From NCBI GenBank assembly GCA_035566715.1, contig DATMQU010000562.1:1-30033 (forward strand): a DNA stretch of 30,033 nt, read 5' to 3'. The notes under the pieces are model-generated. The model was not told where the DNA came from, ran no database searches, and saw nothing but the letters and a program-made list of their open reading frames with translations. The translations under genes were made by a program, and so were the position numbers. The stretch is from Vicinamibacteria bacterium (GTDB lineage: Bacteria; Acidobacteriota; Vicinamibacteria; Fen-336). Positions 1 to 7,318 of this stretch are shown piece after piece; position 1 is the stretch's first letter; each line of letters opens with the position of its first letter.

Positions 1-1
1 C

Positions 2-1066
2 AACACGTCCAACCTCAACTCAGACGGCACAACCTCAACGATCAGGAACGATTTCAGGTTCCCGGAGGAATTGAACCTCTTCGCGGCCGGAACGCTCGGC
101 GATCATCTGTCCGTGTACTCCGAGGTCACGTTCGCCGTCAACTCGGACTACTCCGTGAGCACCGAGGTCGAGCACGCCCACTTGGGGATCGACTCGCCCT
201 TCGGCCCTGAGAACCTGTTCCATTTCAGAATCGGCAGGGTGAACCCGAATATCGGCGAGTTTTTCGTGGAAACGATGAAGGAAAGCGACGCGGGGATCGA
301 GAGCATCTTCAACTACAACCCCATCGGCATCAACGGAGGCACCGCCCTCGGGGCAGACGCGGTGACACCGCAGCCAATCTCCATCCCAACGAAGGCGCCG
401 GCGTTCGAGGTCTACGGGATCGTCTCCCATCGCCTCTTCTACACCGCCGGCGTCATGGGCGGGATCTCCGCCGGCAATGGCCAGTTCGGCAACAACTCGA
501 AGGACTTCTATGCCCGTGTCGACTACAAGTTTGGGGGCATGGGATTCGATGGTGATATGGGTGGCCGGGAGGCTCCCGAGAAGAACTGGCGTGACAATTC
601 CTTCCGCATCGGGGCGTTCGCCTACCGAGGCAATGCTTCGGGCGTGAACTTCCCTACCACTGTGTCACCGGGCAACATGGTGAACATCCAGGACGATCAC
701 TTCTGGCGCGCGGGCGGTTTCGCGAGCGCCTTCATCGGAGATCTGAACGTGTTCGGAGTCTATCTGACCGGCAAGGATACGTTGCGACAATTCGACCAAA
801 CCACCGGAGCTTTCCTCTCCCAGATCGAGCCCGACTACCACGCGTTCTTCCTGGAGGCCGACTACGTCTTCTATCCGTGGCTCCACGGCGCCGCCCGTTA
901 CGAGGAGCTCACACCGGGCGATCGGACCGTGCCCAGCATCCGTACCGGAACCTTCACCGTGAGTGCCCTCGTCCGTGCCAACGTCAAGGCCATGCTGGAG
1001 TATCAGCGCGACCTGCGGGAGGCCCAAAACCACTCCCTGAATGCGATTCTGCGGATGGCTTTCTAA
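2..1066 (+). CDS. Outer-membrane beta-barrel protein, 5'-truncated by the window edge; resembles the C-terminal barrel of Cyc2-like cytochrome-porin fusions
   Basis: The frame is open from base 2 (NTSNLNSDGTTSTIRNDFRFPEELNLFAAGTLG...), so the ORF-track start at 71 is not the true start. It has amphipathic beta-strand patterns (YARVDYKF, FFLEADYVFY, VKAMLEYQ) and ends in Phe (..LRMAF*), a typical BAM beta-signal. The Cyc2 resemblance is recollection of the family; the diagnostic N-terminal CxxCH is not in the window. Confidence 0.7.
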   Translation, partial: NTSNLNSDGTTSTIRNDFRFPEELNLFAAGTLGDHLSVYSEVTFAVNSDYSVSTEVEHAHLGIDSPFGPENLFHFRIGRVNPNIGEFFVETMKESDAGIESIFNYNPIGINGGTALGADAVTPQPISIPTKAPAFEVYGIVSHRLFYTAGVMGGISAGNGQFGNNSKDFYARVDYKFGGMGFDGDMGGREAPEKNWRDNSFRIGAFAYRGNASGVNFPTTVSPGNMVNIQDDHFWRAGGFASAFIGDLNVFGVYLTGKDTLRQFDQTTGAFLSQIEPDYHAFFLEADYVFYPWLHGAARYEELTPGDRTVPSIRTGTFTVSALVRANVKAMLEYQRDLREAQNHSLNAILRMAF

Positions 1067-1075
1067 AAATGACGG

Positions 1076-1093
1076 GGGCTCGTGAGCGAGCCC
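1076..1093 (+). other. 7-bp stem-loop after the porin gene
   Basis: gggctcg-tgag-cgagccc, perfect stem, no U-tract; may stabilise the mRNA or mark a processing site. Confidence 0.45.
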
Positions 1094-1108
1094 AAAGGAG
1101 AGACCTAG

Positions 1109-1195
1109 ATGAAGGGAATCCAGCGCGTCTTCGCTCCCGCTCTGGCCGCTGTCGTTCTCCACGATCGTTCGGTTTGCCGCGTGAGGGAGATATGA
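1109..1195 (+). CDS. 28-aa small ORF with a signal-peptide-like start (probable gene relic)
   Basis: AAGGAG at 1095-1100 precedes ATG 1109. Product MKGIQRVFAPALAAVVLHDRSVCRVREI*. Its TGA overlaps the next start (ATGATG 1192-1197). It is below the ORF-track cutoff. Confidence 0.35.
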   Translation: MKGIQRVFAPALAAVVLHDRSVCRVREI

Positions 1196-1785
1196 TGAAG
1201 CGTCTTTCCAGACTTGTCCTGGCCGGAAGTATCCTAGCCTTCGCCGCAGTGCCGTTGCTGGCCGGTGACCTCCATGGGAAGGTGGAATGCAAAGGCCTCT
1301 CGGACAGCGGCAGCGCGGTCGTCTACATCGCGACGCTGCCGGCAAAGGCCTTTGCGGCACCCAAGGAGCACGCCAAGGTCGACCAAGCCAACATGAAGTT
1401 CGTGCCGCATGTTCTTCCCGTACTCATCGGAACCACCGTCGACTTCCTCAATTCCGATTCCGTCACTCACAATGTCTTCACGCCCGACGCGTGCGCGGGA
1501 AAGTTCAACCTCGGGACGTGGCCAAAAGGCCAATCAAAGTCCTATACTTTCACCAAGGAATGCTTCGCCACGCTCCTGTGCCTGGTGCATCCAGAGATGG
1601 AGGGCTTCGTCGCCGTGGTGCCGACACCCTACTTCGCCGTGACCGCGGCGGATGGCTCATATCGTATCGCCGACGTACCGGACGGGTCCTATACCGTGAA
1701 GACGTGGCATCCGAAGCTCAAAGCCACCGGGAGGACGGTGGCTGTCCAAGGTGCGACGGCGGCCGACTTCCAGCTCTCGAAGTAA
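1192..1785 (+). CDS. Exported cupredoxin (type-1 blue-copper site) with a C-terminal carboxypeptidase-regulatory-like beta domain
   Basis: GAGGGAG SD, then ATGATG (start 1192 or 1195). Signal peptide MMKRLSRLVLAGSILAFAAVPLLA. Ligand set H(NVF)...C-L-V-H-P-E-M. C-terminal DGSYRIADVPDGSYTVKTWHP. Confidence 0.85.
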   Translation: MMKRLSRLVLAGSILAFAAVPLLAGDLHGKVECKGLSDSGSAVVYIATLPAKAFAAPKEHAKVDQANMKFVPHVLPVLIGTTVDFLNSDSVTHNVFTPDACAGKFNLGTWPKGQSKSYTFTKECFATLLCLVHPEMEGFVAVVPTPYFAVTAADGSYRIADVPDGSYTVKTWHPKLKATGRTVAVQGATAADFQLSK

Positions 1786-1865
1786 TCGCAGGCGGGCAAC
1801 CGTCCGTTTCTTTCCGCCGAGGCGGCCTTCCGATCACAGGCGGCCAGGTAGAGCGAGGGTGGGCT

Positions 1866-2822
1866 ATGCCTGACGAGAAGGGTTCGGAATGGGGATCGCC
1901 GGTCCAAGGCCTCCCTGCTGTGCTCTCTTGCCTCGGTCGGTGCTTGGCTGTCTGCGTGGTGGTCACGTGCCCGACGCTCCACGCGGCCGCGGTGGGAGAG
2001 CCCAGCGCCGACGTCGACGTCACGCCCGTCGAGGGGCCGAGCTTGCTCACGCGCCTCAGGCTGTCGCGCCAGCAGTCCGCGTTGGGGAACATGGCGGCCA
2101 TTGGCGTCCGGCCCTCGTCGGATACCTCTTCGGCGTGGGGCACCTCCTCCGTTCCCGAGTCCCTGCGGCGGCCGTTCACGCTTAGCGGGGCGGACCTTTA
2201 CCGTCTCAACTGTCAGTCCTGCCACAACGTCGAGGGGATTGGCTTGCCGCCGGAGATCCGATCGCTTATCGATCCGGTCCGGGCGACGTCCCCGCTGGTC
2301 ATCAAGGAGCAGATGGCAAAGCGCGGCCTGACGCTCGACCCTGCCACCATCAAGCAGATGACCTCGCAAGCCGAGGCCTCGTTGCGCGAGCGGCTCCAGA
2401 AGGGCGGGGAGAGGATGCCCGCATTCCGGCATCTCAACGGCGCCGAGGTGGAGGCGCTGCTGGCCTATCTGCAGAGCCTAGCCGGGGTGCCGGGCGCGAA
2501 AGCGAAGCAGCGCCAGATCACGGAGCCGGTCGTCCGCGTCGGCGAGCATCTGGTAAAGGGCACCTGCTTCATCTGCCACGATGCCACGGGGCCCGGGAAA
2601 GATGCGATGCCGCAATCGCCGGACTTGGTGCCCTCGCTAGCCAGCTTCCTCGATCAAGAGCCCGTGAGCGTCGTTGTGCGCAAGGTGATCGCGGGTGCGC
2701 CCGCGCCCGGCCCGAGCATGATGGGCAAACGCGGCGATATGCCAGTCTTCTCATATCTGACTCGCGAGGAAGTGACCGCCGCCTATATCTATCTCACCGC
2801 TTATCCCCCTCGAGGGAGATAG
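1866..2822 (+). CDS. Exported diheme c-type cytochrome
   Basis: Two CxxCH motifs (CQSCH, CFICH), each followed by a class-I distal-Met motif (RMPAF, DMPVF). Hydrophobic N-terminal segment ending in AAA. The start ATG 1866 was chosen inside ORF 1287..2822, whose upstream part overlaps the cupredoxin gene. Confidence 0.85.
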   Translation: MPDEKGSEWGSPVQGLPAVLSCLGRCLAVCVVVTCPTLHAAAVGEPSADVDVTPVEGPSLLTRLRLSRQQSALGNMAAIGVRPSSDTSSAWGTSSVPESLRRPFTLSGADLYRLNCQSCHNVEGIGLPPEIRSLIDPVRATSPLVIKEQMAKRGLTLDPATIKQMTSQAEASLRERLQKGGERMPAFRHLNGAEVEALLAYLQSLAGVPGAKAKQRQITEPVVRVGEHLVKGTCFICHDATGPGKDAMPQSPDLVPSLASFLDQEPVSVVVRKVIAGAPAPGPSMMGKRGDMPVFSYLTREEVTAAYIYLTAYPPRGR

Positions 2823-2826
2823 GCCT

Positions 2827-2945
2827 TCAGAATCAGGCGGCCCGCAGTGGACCGGCGTTACGGCTGCCGCGGTGGCGAGAGCAGTCCTGCGAGTCCCGAG
2901 GTCCCGGTGGAACTCGAGCATGGCCTTGATGTTCGCCCGGACTAG
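2827..2945 (-). pseudogene. Decayed 3' end of a second porin paralogue, inverted relative to the first gene
   Basis: 2898-2945(-) encodes LVRANIKAMLEFHRDL versus LVRANVKAMLEYQRDL at 968-1015 (13/16 aa, 38/48 nt). After a frameshift it continues SRNAGPLRAA*F* versus SLNAILRMAF*. Confidence 0.75.
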
Positions 2946-3314
2946 AGGCAGAAGCTGTTGCTCAAACTGTAGTTCAGGGGTTCTCTTGCATTTCTGCCCG
3001 CCCTTGAGACCCTTCTGTTGGACGGGGAGGGACTTAGCCCGCATCTCAATGCTTGCCTGGGGGATAGCGACGCGGTCACTGGGCACAGCTTGACTGACCC
3101 CGGGGAGGCTTCCTAAGCAAGCCGCTCGGTCCGGAAGTGTTCCTCCGTAGGGTTCGGGAGTTGCTGGACGCTGGCTGAGGGCAGGCTGTGTTTCTGCATG
3201 ACGTGGACGGGCGGTGCTTTCGGGTCGCCTCGAGTGCGTCCGTGCTGGTGCCCGCGAACCCTTTGGGGGCGGCGGCGTGGCCGAGCGATTCAGGAGGGGT
3301 CTCTGAGTTGCCCG

Positions 3315-4211
3315 CTACTTGTAGAACTCGTAACGGTCGCCCGCCACGACCTCGATCACGCGGATCGAGGAGTCCCGCAAGATCTGCAGCCCCAGGGACT
3401 CGCCGGGCCCCTTCCGCCAGATGGCGCGGTAGAGCTCGCGAAGCGTGGAGACGGGCGCGCCGTCCACGGAGAGGATCAAATCGCCCCGGGCGAGCCCAGC
3501 CTTGTCCCCGGGGCCTCCGGGCACGATGCCGTTGATAGCCACGCCGCCGTCGAAGCCCTGCGGGTAAAAGCCCACCCAGGCCCGGGGGGGATCCGTGCGC
3601 ACCCCCTGCTCGCTCTCCATCTCTTCCCGGTGCTGAAGGAAGAGGTCCAGAGGAATGGCCAGGCTGTAGCGGCCGACTGCGGCCAATCCAAGGGAGACGA
3701 TGCCGATGACCCGCCCCCCGGGGTCGAATAGGGGAGCCCCCGCCAACCCCGGGTTGATGGCGGTGGTCATGATGGCCTGATCCAGCATGTACTCCCAGAA
3801 GGCTTCGAAGGGGCCCACCATCGAGATGTGGCCGGTGGCGCCCTTGCGCTCCCGGTCGCTGGTGCACGTCAACAGGAAGACGGGCAGGCCGGGCGCCACC
3901 GGGCCGCCCTCGCCCAGGTGGGCGGGGCGGAGCTCGGGGCCTTCGAGCCGGAGCAGAGCCAGGCCCGTCTCGTGGTTCAAGGCCATTCCCCGGACGCCGC
4001 GCGGCTTTCCGTCCGCCCCCGTCACTTCCGCCTGCGCCGCGCCCAGTACCAGGTAGTGCGCGGTCAGGACCTGATCGGGAGCCACCGCCACCCCCGCCCC
4101 TAGGCGCTCCTCGCCGAGCACGGCCGCCGAGGGGTGCTGGGCGGGGATCTCGCTGCGAAGGAACACGATCGAGGAGACGGCGGCACGCGGGATCGATACG
4201 GGCGAGTCCAG
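3315..4211 (-). CDS. HtrA/S1C-like trypsin-fold + PDZ protein, probably catalytically inactive
   Basis: GAGVAV..VLTAHY, AINPGLAGAPL and a C-terminal PDZ (GDKAGLARGDLILSVDG). The probable start is CTG 4211 behind AGGAGGT; the first canonical start is GTG 4166. Confidence 0.8.
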   Translation of the reverse strand: MDSPVSIPRAAVSSIVFLRSEIPAQHPSAAVLGEERLGAGVAVAPDQVLTAHYLVLGAAQAEVTGADGKPRGVRGMALNHETGLALLRLEGPELRPAHLGEGGPVAPGLPVFLLTCTSDRERKGATGHISMVGPFEAFWEYMLDQAIMTTAINPGLAGAPLFDPGGRVIGIVSLGLAAVGRYSLAIPLDLFLQHREEMESEQGVRTDPPRAWVGFYPQGFDGGVAINGIVPGGPGDKAGLARGDLILSVDGAPVSTLRELYRAIWRKGPGESLGLQILRDSSIRVIEVVAGDRYEFYK

Positions 4212-4237
4212 GTCTGACCTCCTCCTCCGGCGCAGGG

Positions 4238-4243
4238 ATTATA
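4238..4243 (-). promoter_or_regulatory. Sigma70-type -10 box TATAAT upstream of the HtrA-like gene
   Basis: Plus strand reads attata; it lies 14 nt upstream of the AGGAGGT SD. No clear -35 box. Confidence 0.55.
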
Positions 4244-4250
4244 GGCCGGG

Positions 4251-4940
4251 TCAGGCCGGTAGGAGGTCCGGGAGCTCGAGGAGGCTTCTCACCCGGCGGC
4301 GGGGCGGGCGGAGACCGCGGGCGTGCCCCCGACCCCGGTCCATCCAGCAGAAGGCGACACCCGCCCCCGCGGCCGCCCCTCCGTCCGTCGCCACGTCGTC
4401 CCCTACGTAAAGAGCCTGCGCGGGGGAGAGGCCCAGCGCGTCCAGGGCCACCTTCAGGATGCGGGGATCGGGCTTGGCGAAGCCGCTACCCTCCGAGGTG
4501 ACCACCACCTGGAAGAAACGCTCCAGCCGGGCCGCCCGCAGCCGGGCCCGCTGGACGCGATCGATCCCGTTGGTAACGACCCCCAGCCGGTAGCGGGCCC
4601 CGAGGCGGGCCAGGGTGGGCCGGCAACCGGGCAGGCGGTCACCGCGCGCGGACAGCTGTTCGAGATAGGCCCGGCCGAGGCGAGCCGCCCGCCGGCGATC
4701 GGCCCCCAGGAAGTCGAGCAGACGAGAGAAGCGCTCCACCGCCAATACCGGCTGGGCGATTCCTCCGCTGCGGTAGAGGGCCCAGAGCTCCTCGTTGATG
4801 CGGCGGTACTCGCGCAGGGCGGAGCGGCTCAGGGGCCGGCCCATCTGGGCGAGAGCGGCGCGCAGCGCGGCCCTTTCGGCCCGGTCGAAGTCGAGCAGGG
4901 TGTTATCGAGGTCGAACAGGACGGAGCGGAAACCGGGCAG
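4251..4940 (-). CDS. HAD-superfamily hydrolase, YjjG-like nucleotidase
   Basis: Motif I FDLDNTLLDF lies upstream of the ORF-track start (4844). Also TNG, KPDPRI and VGDD. The only plausible start upstream of motif I is CTG 4940, with an in-frame TAA three codons earlier. Confidence 0.85.
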   Translation of the reverse strand: MPGFRSVLFDLDNTLLDFDRAERAALRAALAQMGRPLSRSALREYRRINEELWALYRSGGIAQPVLAVERFSRLLDFLGADRRRAARLGRAYLEQLSARGDRLPGCRPTLARLGARYRLGVVTNGIDRVQRARLRAARLERFFQVVVTSEGSGFAKPDPRILKVALDALGLSPAQALYVGDDVATDGGAAAGAGVAFCWMDRGRGHARGLRPPRRRVRSLLELPDLLPA

Positions 4941-4945
4941 GGGGG

Positions 4946-5164
4946 CTACTTAGCGCGGTAGGTGATGAGGCCGCGCTTGAGGTCGTAAGGGGAGACACCC
5001 ACGGTGACGCGGTCGCCGGCGATCACGCGGATTCGGAACTGCCGCATCTTGCCGTTCAGCCGGGCCAGCACCTCGTGGTTCTCGCCGCATTTCACCTTGT
5101 AGTTGCCGCCAGCCAGGACCTCCGTCACCACCCCCTGCAACTCGATCAGGTCTTCCTTGCTCAT
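4946..5164 (-). CDS. infA: Translation initiation factor IF-1
   Basis: 72 aa: MSKEDLIELQGVVTEVL...GKMR..IRVIAGDRVTVGVSPYDLKRGLITYR. GAGGAG SD. Confidence 0.93.
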   Translation of the reverse strand: MSKEDLIELQGVVTEVLAGGNYKVKCGENHEVLARLNGKMRQFRIRVIAGDRVTVGVSPYDLKRGLITYRAK

Positions 5165-5188
5165 CCACGCTCCTCAGCGCATTTTCCT

Positions 5189-6022
5189 TTACTTCCCGGT
5201 GCGCGTCCAGTCCACGAGCCCCACCCGCGTCGCGGGCTGGCAATGCGGGCAGAAGTAGGCGTCCATGCCCTTTACGCCCGCGACGCGGATCTTGCCGCCG
5301 CAGCGCGGGCAGGTCTCCTTCATTCGGACCTTCAGGAAATCGCGCACCTTGACGTCGATGGGCTCTCCCCGCCGGGCGACCTCCGCCACCGCCTCCTTCA
5401 TCACCGTCACGATCGCCTCGTGGAGCCGGACGGCGTCCGCGTGGGAGAGGGACCGGCACCAGGTCTTGGGATGGATTCCGGCGGCGAAGAGCACCTCGTC
5501 GGCGTAGGCGTTGCCGAGGCTGTCGAGGGCCTTCTTGTCGAGGAGAAAGGCGCGCACCTGATCGCGCCGGTGCTTGAGCAGGCTCACGAACCGCTCGGGG
5601 GTGAACTCCGGGGACAGGATGTCGACGCCTCCCGTCTGCAGCCCGGGAATGGCTCCCCAGTCGTCGGCCCCGATCAGGTAGGCCTTGCCCATCTTCTTAT
5701 CGTCCAGATAGCGGAGCTCCACCTCGCCGAAGCCGAGGGCGAAGGCCAGCGATGCTTCGTCCTTCTGGCCCGGGCCGGCCAGCCGGAAGCGCCCGGCCAG
5801 CATGGGGTTCACGGCCAGGTCCAGGCCCTCGAAGCGGAAGGCCAGGAAGTGGGACCTCCGCCCGAGGTCGGCGAGCTTACGGCCCAGCAGGAGGGACAGG
5901 TTCCCGCGCACCGCGTAGCGGAGAACCACCGGCTCCTTGACGCGCTCGGCGGTCACGGGCCGGCCGAGCAGCGCCTCCCGGAGGCTCTTGAGGATGTAGA
6001 GCAGGTCCGGCAGCTCGGGCAT
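5189..6022 (-). CDS. Fpg/Nei-family DNA glycosylase/AP-lyase homologue (divergent)
   Basis: N-terminal MPELP, H2TH motif GNAYADEVLFAAGIHP, C-terminal zinc finger CPRC...YFCPHCQ. Confidence 0.88.
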   Translation of the reverse strand: MPELPDLLYILKSLREALLGRPVTAERVKEPVVLRYAVRGNLSLLLGRKLADLGRRSHFLAFRFEGLDLAVNPMLAGRFRLAGPGQKDEASLAFALGFGEVELRYLDDKKMGKAYLIGADDWGAIPGLQTGGVDILSPEFTPERFVSLLKHRRDQVRAFLLDKKALDSLGNAYADEVLFAAGIHPKTWCRSLSHADAVRLHEAIVTVMKEAVAEVARRGEPIDVKVRDFLKVRMKETCPRCGGKIRVAGVKGMDAYFCPHCQPATRVGLVDWTRTGK

Positions 6023-6030
6023 GGGCGCTC

Positions 6031-6036
6031 ATTCTA
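6031..6036 (-). promoter_or_regulatory. -10 box TAGAAT, 8 nt upstream of the Fpg/Nei ATG (probable leaderless transcript)
   Basis: Plus strand reads attcta; no SD in the 8-nt gap. Confidence 0.5.
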
Positions 6037-6098
6037 CCCTCGCCCCGCATCCGCTCCGGGTCGCACGCGGACCGGGTGACCGCCTACGAGCGGCTCCC

Positions 6099-6530
6099 CT
6101 ACCGCGTCCGGGTTCCGTACTGCTCGGCCACGTGGAGGTCGAAAGGCGCGTGTTTCGGGTTCCTCGCGAAGCCCCGAAAGTGGGCCTGGCAACGGTAGCA
6201 GACGCTGATCTCGGGCAAGACCATATAGAGGATGGCGTCGATGAGCGCGGCCACGAAGAGGCTCGAGTAGAAGGGGGTGAAAGGGGCGAGCGCGGCGCCC
6301 AGGCCCACGATCGCGAGCCCCGCTTTCTGGTTGAAGTCCCGCTGGACGTAGAGCTGCTCTCCGCCACAAGCGGGGCATCGGTCCACCAGGCCCTGCTCGA
6401 GGAGGGAAGAGGTGGGCTTGAGGATCGTCTCCGCCCCGCAGGACGCACAGCGGGCCCGGCCGTCGAGGCCCGCCCTCGCCTCCCCTCCGCATTGCGGGCA
6501 GGCAAAGGCGATCTCGGGCACCCGCCTCAC
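6099..6530 (-). CDS. Hypothetical membrane protein with four CxxC motifs (Zn-ribbon/rubredoxin-like)
   Basis: CPQC, CASC, CPAC and CYRC flank a hydrophobic hairpin (GLAIVGLGAALAPFTPFYSSLFVAALIDAILY). GTG 6530 overlaps the upstream TGA (GTGA). Confidence 0.75.
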   Translation of the reverse strand: MRRVPEIAFACPQCGGEARAGLDGRARCASCGAETILKPTSSLLEQGLVDRCPACGGEQLYVQRDFNQKAGLAIVGLGAALAPFTPFYSSLFVAALIDAILYMVLPEISVCYRCQAHFRGFARNPKHAPFDLHVAEQYGTRTR

Positions 6531-7318
6531 AGCGGGAACCCCGCGGCCACACTCAGGTACTGGGCGAGGAGCTCTCCCGCCATGACCAGGAAGAGCTGCA
6601 CGTAGAGGATTCCGGTGGCGGACTGGGTGGAACGGATCTCCACGGTCTTCCAGATGAACCAGACGAGGCAGAGCGGGCCCGCGATCCCGAAGAGCAACCG
6701 CATCCAAACGAAGATCCCGTCGGGGCTCCAGAGACCCCCCGCGATCAGGCGGGCCTCGACGTACCCGGCCTGGCTGGGGCCGGCCAGGGCCACCCCCACC
6801 ACCCCCGCGCGCAGCCCAAGGGAGGCGACGAGGCCCGCGGTCAAGCGCCTCAGGGCGGTGATCGGTAGGTCCAGGACCACGAGGTAGAAATGCCCCAGGA
6901 TCATGGCCGAGGCCGCCATGCCTAGCAGGAGGAGCGAGCTGACGTCACTGGCGAGGAAGACGGGGCCGGGGGCTCCGAGGACAACGGCCGTGAGCCCGGC
7001 AGCCAGCGCCCCCGCCAAGAACGGCCCCCGCAGCCGCTTCCAGCCAAAGTGCCAGGCGCGGTTGTAGAGGACGGTGAAAAGGACCAACGCCGCGGTCGCC
7101 AGGAGGAGGGCGCGATAGGCGGTGTTCGCGGGGGCTCCCGGCCCCCCCGCGAATCCGAAGCGGCGGTAGAGCAGGCCCAGGGCGGCGGTGGTCAGGGTGG
7201 CGGCGGCGGCCGAGCAGAACTTGAAGAATGTCACCCCGGCACGCGCGGGAACGAGGGGGAGCGTGGCCAGGAGGCCGAGGGAAAGGTGCAGCAGGAAGAG
7301 GTAGAAGACCGGGGTCAC
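6527..7318 (-). CDS. Polytopic membrane protein (~8 TM) of unknown function
   Basis: About eight hydrophobic segments; motifs MILGHFYL and TQSATGILY. GTG 7318 overlaps the TGA of the NuoF-like gene. Confidence 0.75.
   Translation of the reverse strand: MTPVFYLFLLHLSLGLLATLPLVPARAGVTFFKFCSAAAATLTTAALGLLYRRFGFAGGPGAPANTAYRALLLATAALVLFTVLYNRAWHFGWKRLRGPFLAGALAAGLTAVVLGAPGPVFLASDVSSLLLLGMAASAMILGHFYLVVLDLPITALRRLTAGLVASLGLRAGVVGVALAGPSQAGYVEARLIAGGLWSPDGIFVWMRLLFGIAGPLCLVWFIWKTVEIRSTQSATGILYVQLFLVMAGELLAQYLSVAAGFPL

Noticed and set aside
877-1191. ORF-track N-terminal extensions (877..1785, 1287..2822, 10020..11033, 12799..14172 and others)
   Set aside because: The extensions overlap other real genes, are low-complexity Arg/Pro-rich, and lie upstream of clear SD/start signals.
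1791-1813. Possible intrinsic terminator after the cupredoxin gene (ggcgg-gcaa-ccgtc, then gtttcttt)
   Set aside because: Only a 5-bp stem with a G-U pair and an interrupted U-tract; too weak to call.
3127-3138. ggtccggaag resembles part of the SRP RNA loop
   Set aside because: The conserved GAAGCAGC continuation and the flanking long helix are absent.
3271-3287. ggcggcgtggccgagcg resembles a tRNA 5' end
   Set aside because: No D-arm closure, anticodon arm, TTC loop or complementary acceptor strand follows. The minus-strand GGTTCG..CACCA nearby is too closely spaced for a tRNA 3' end.
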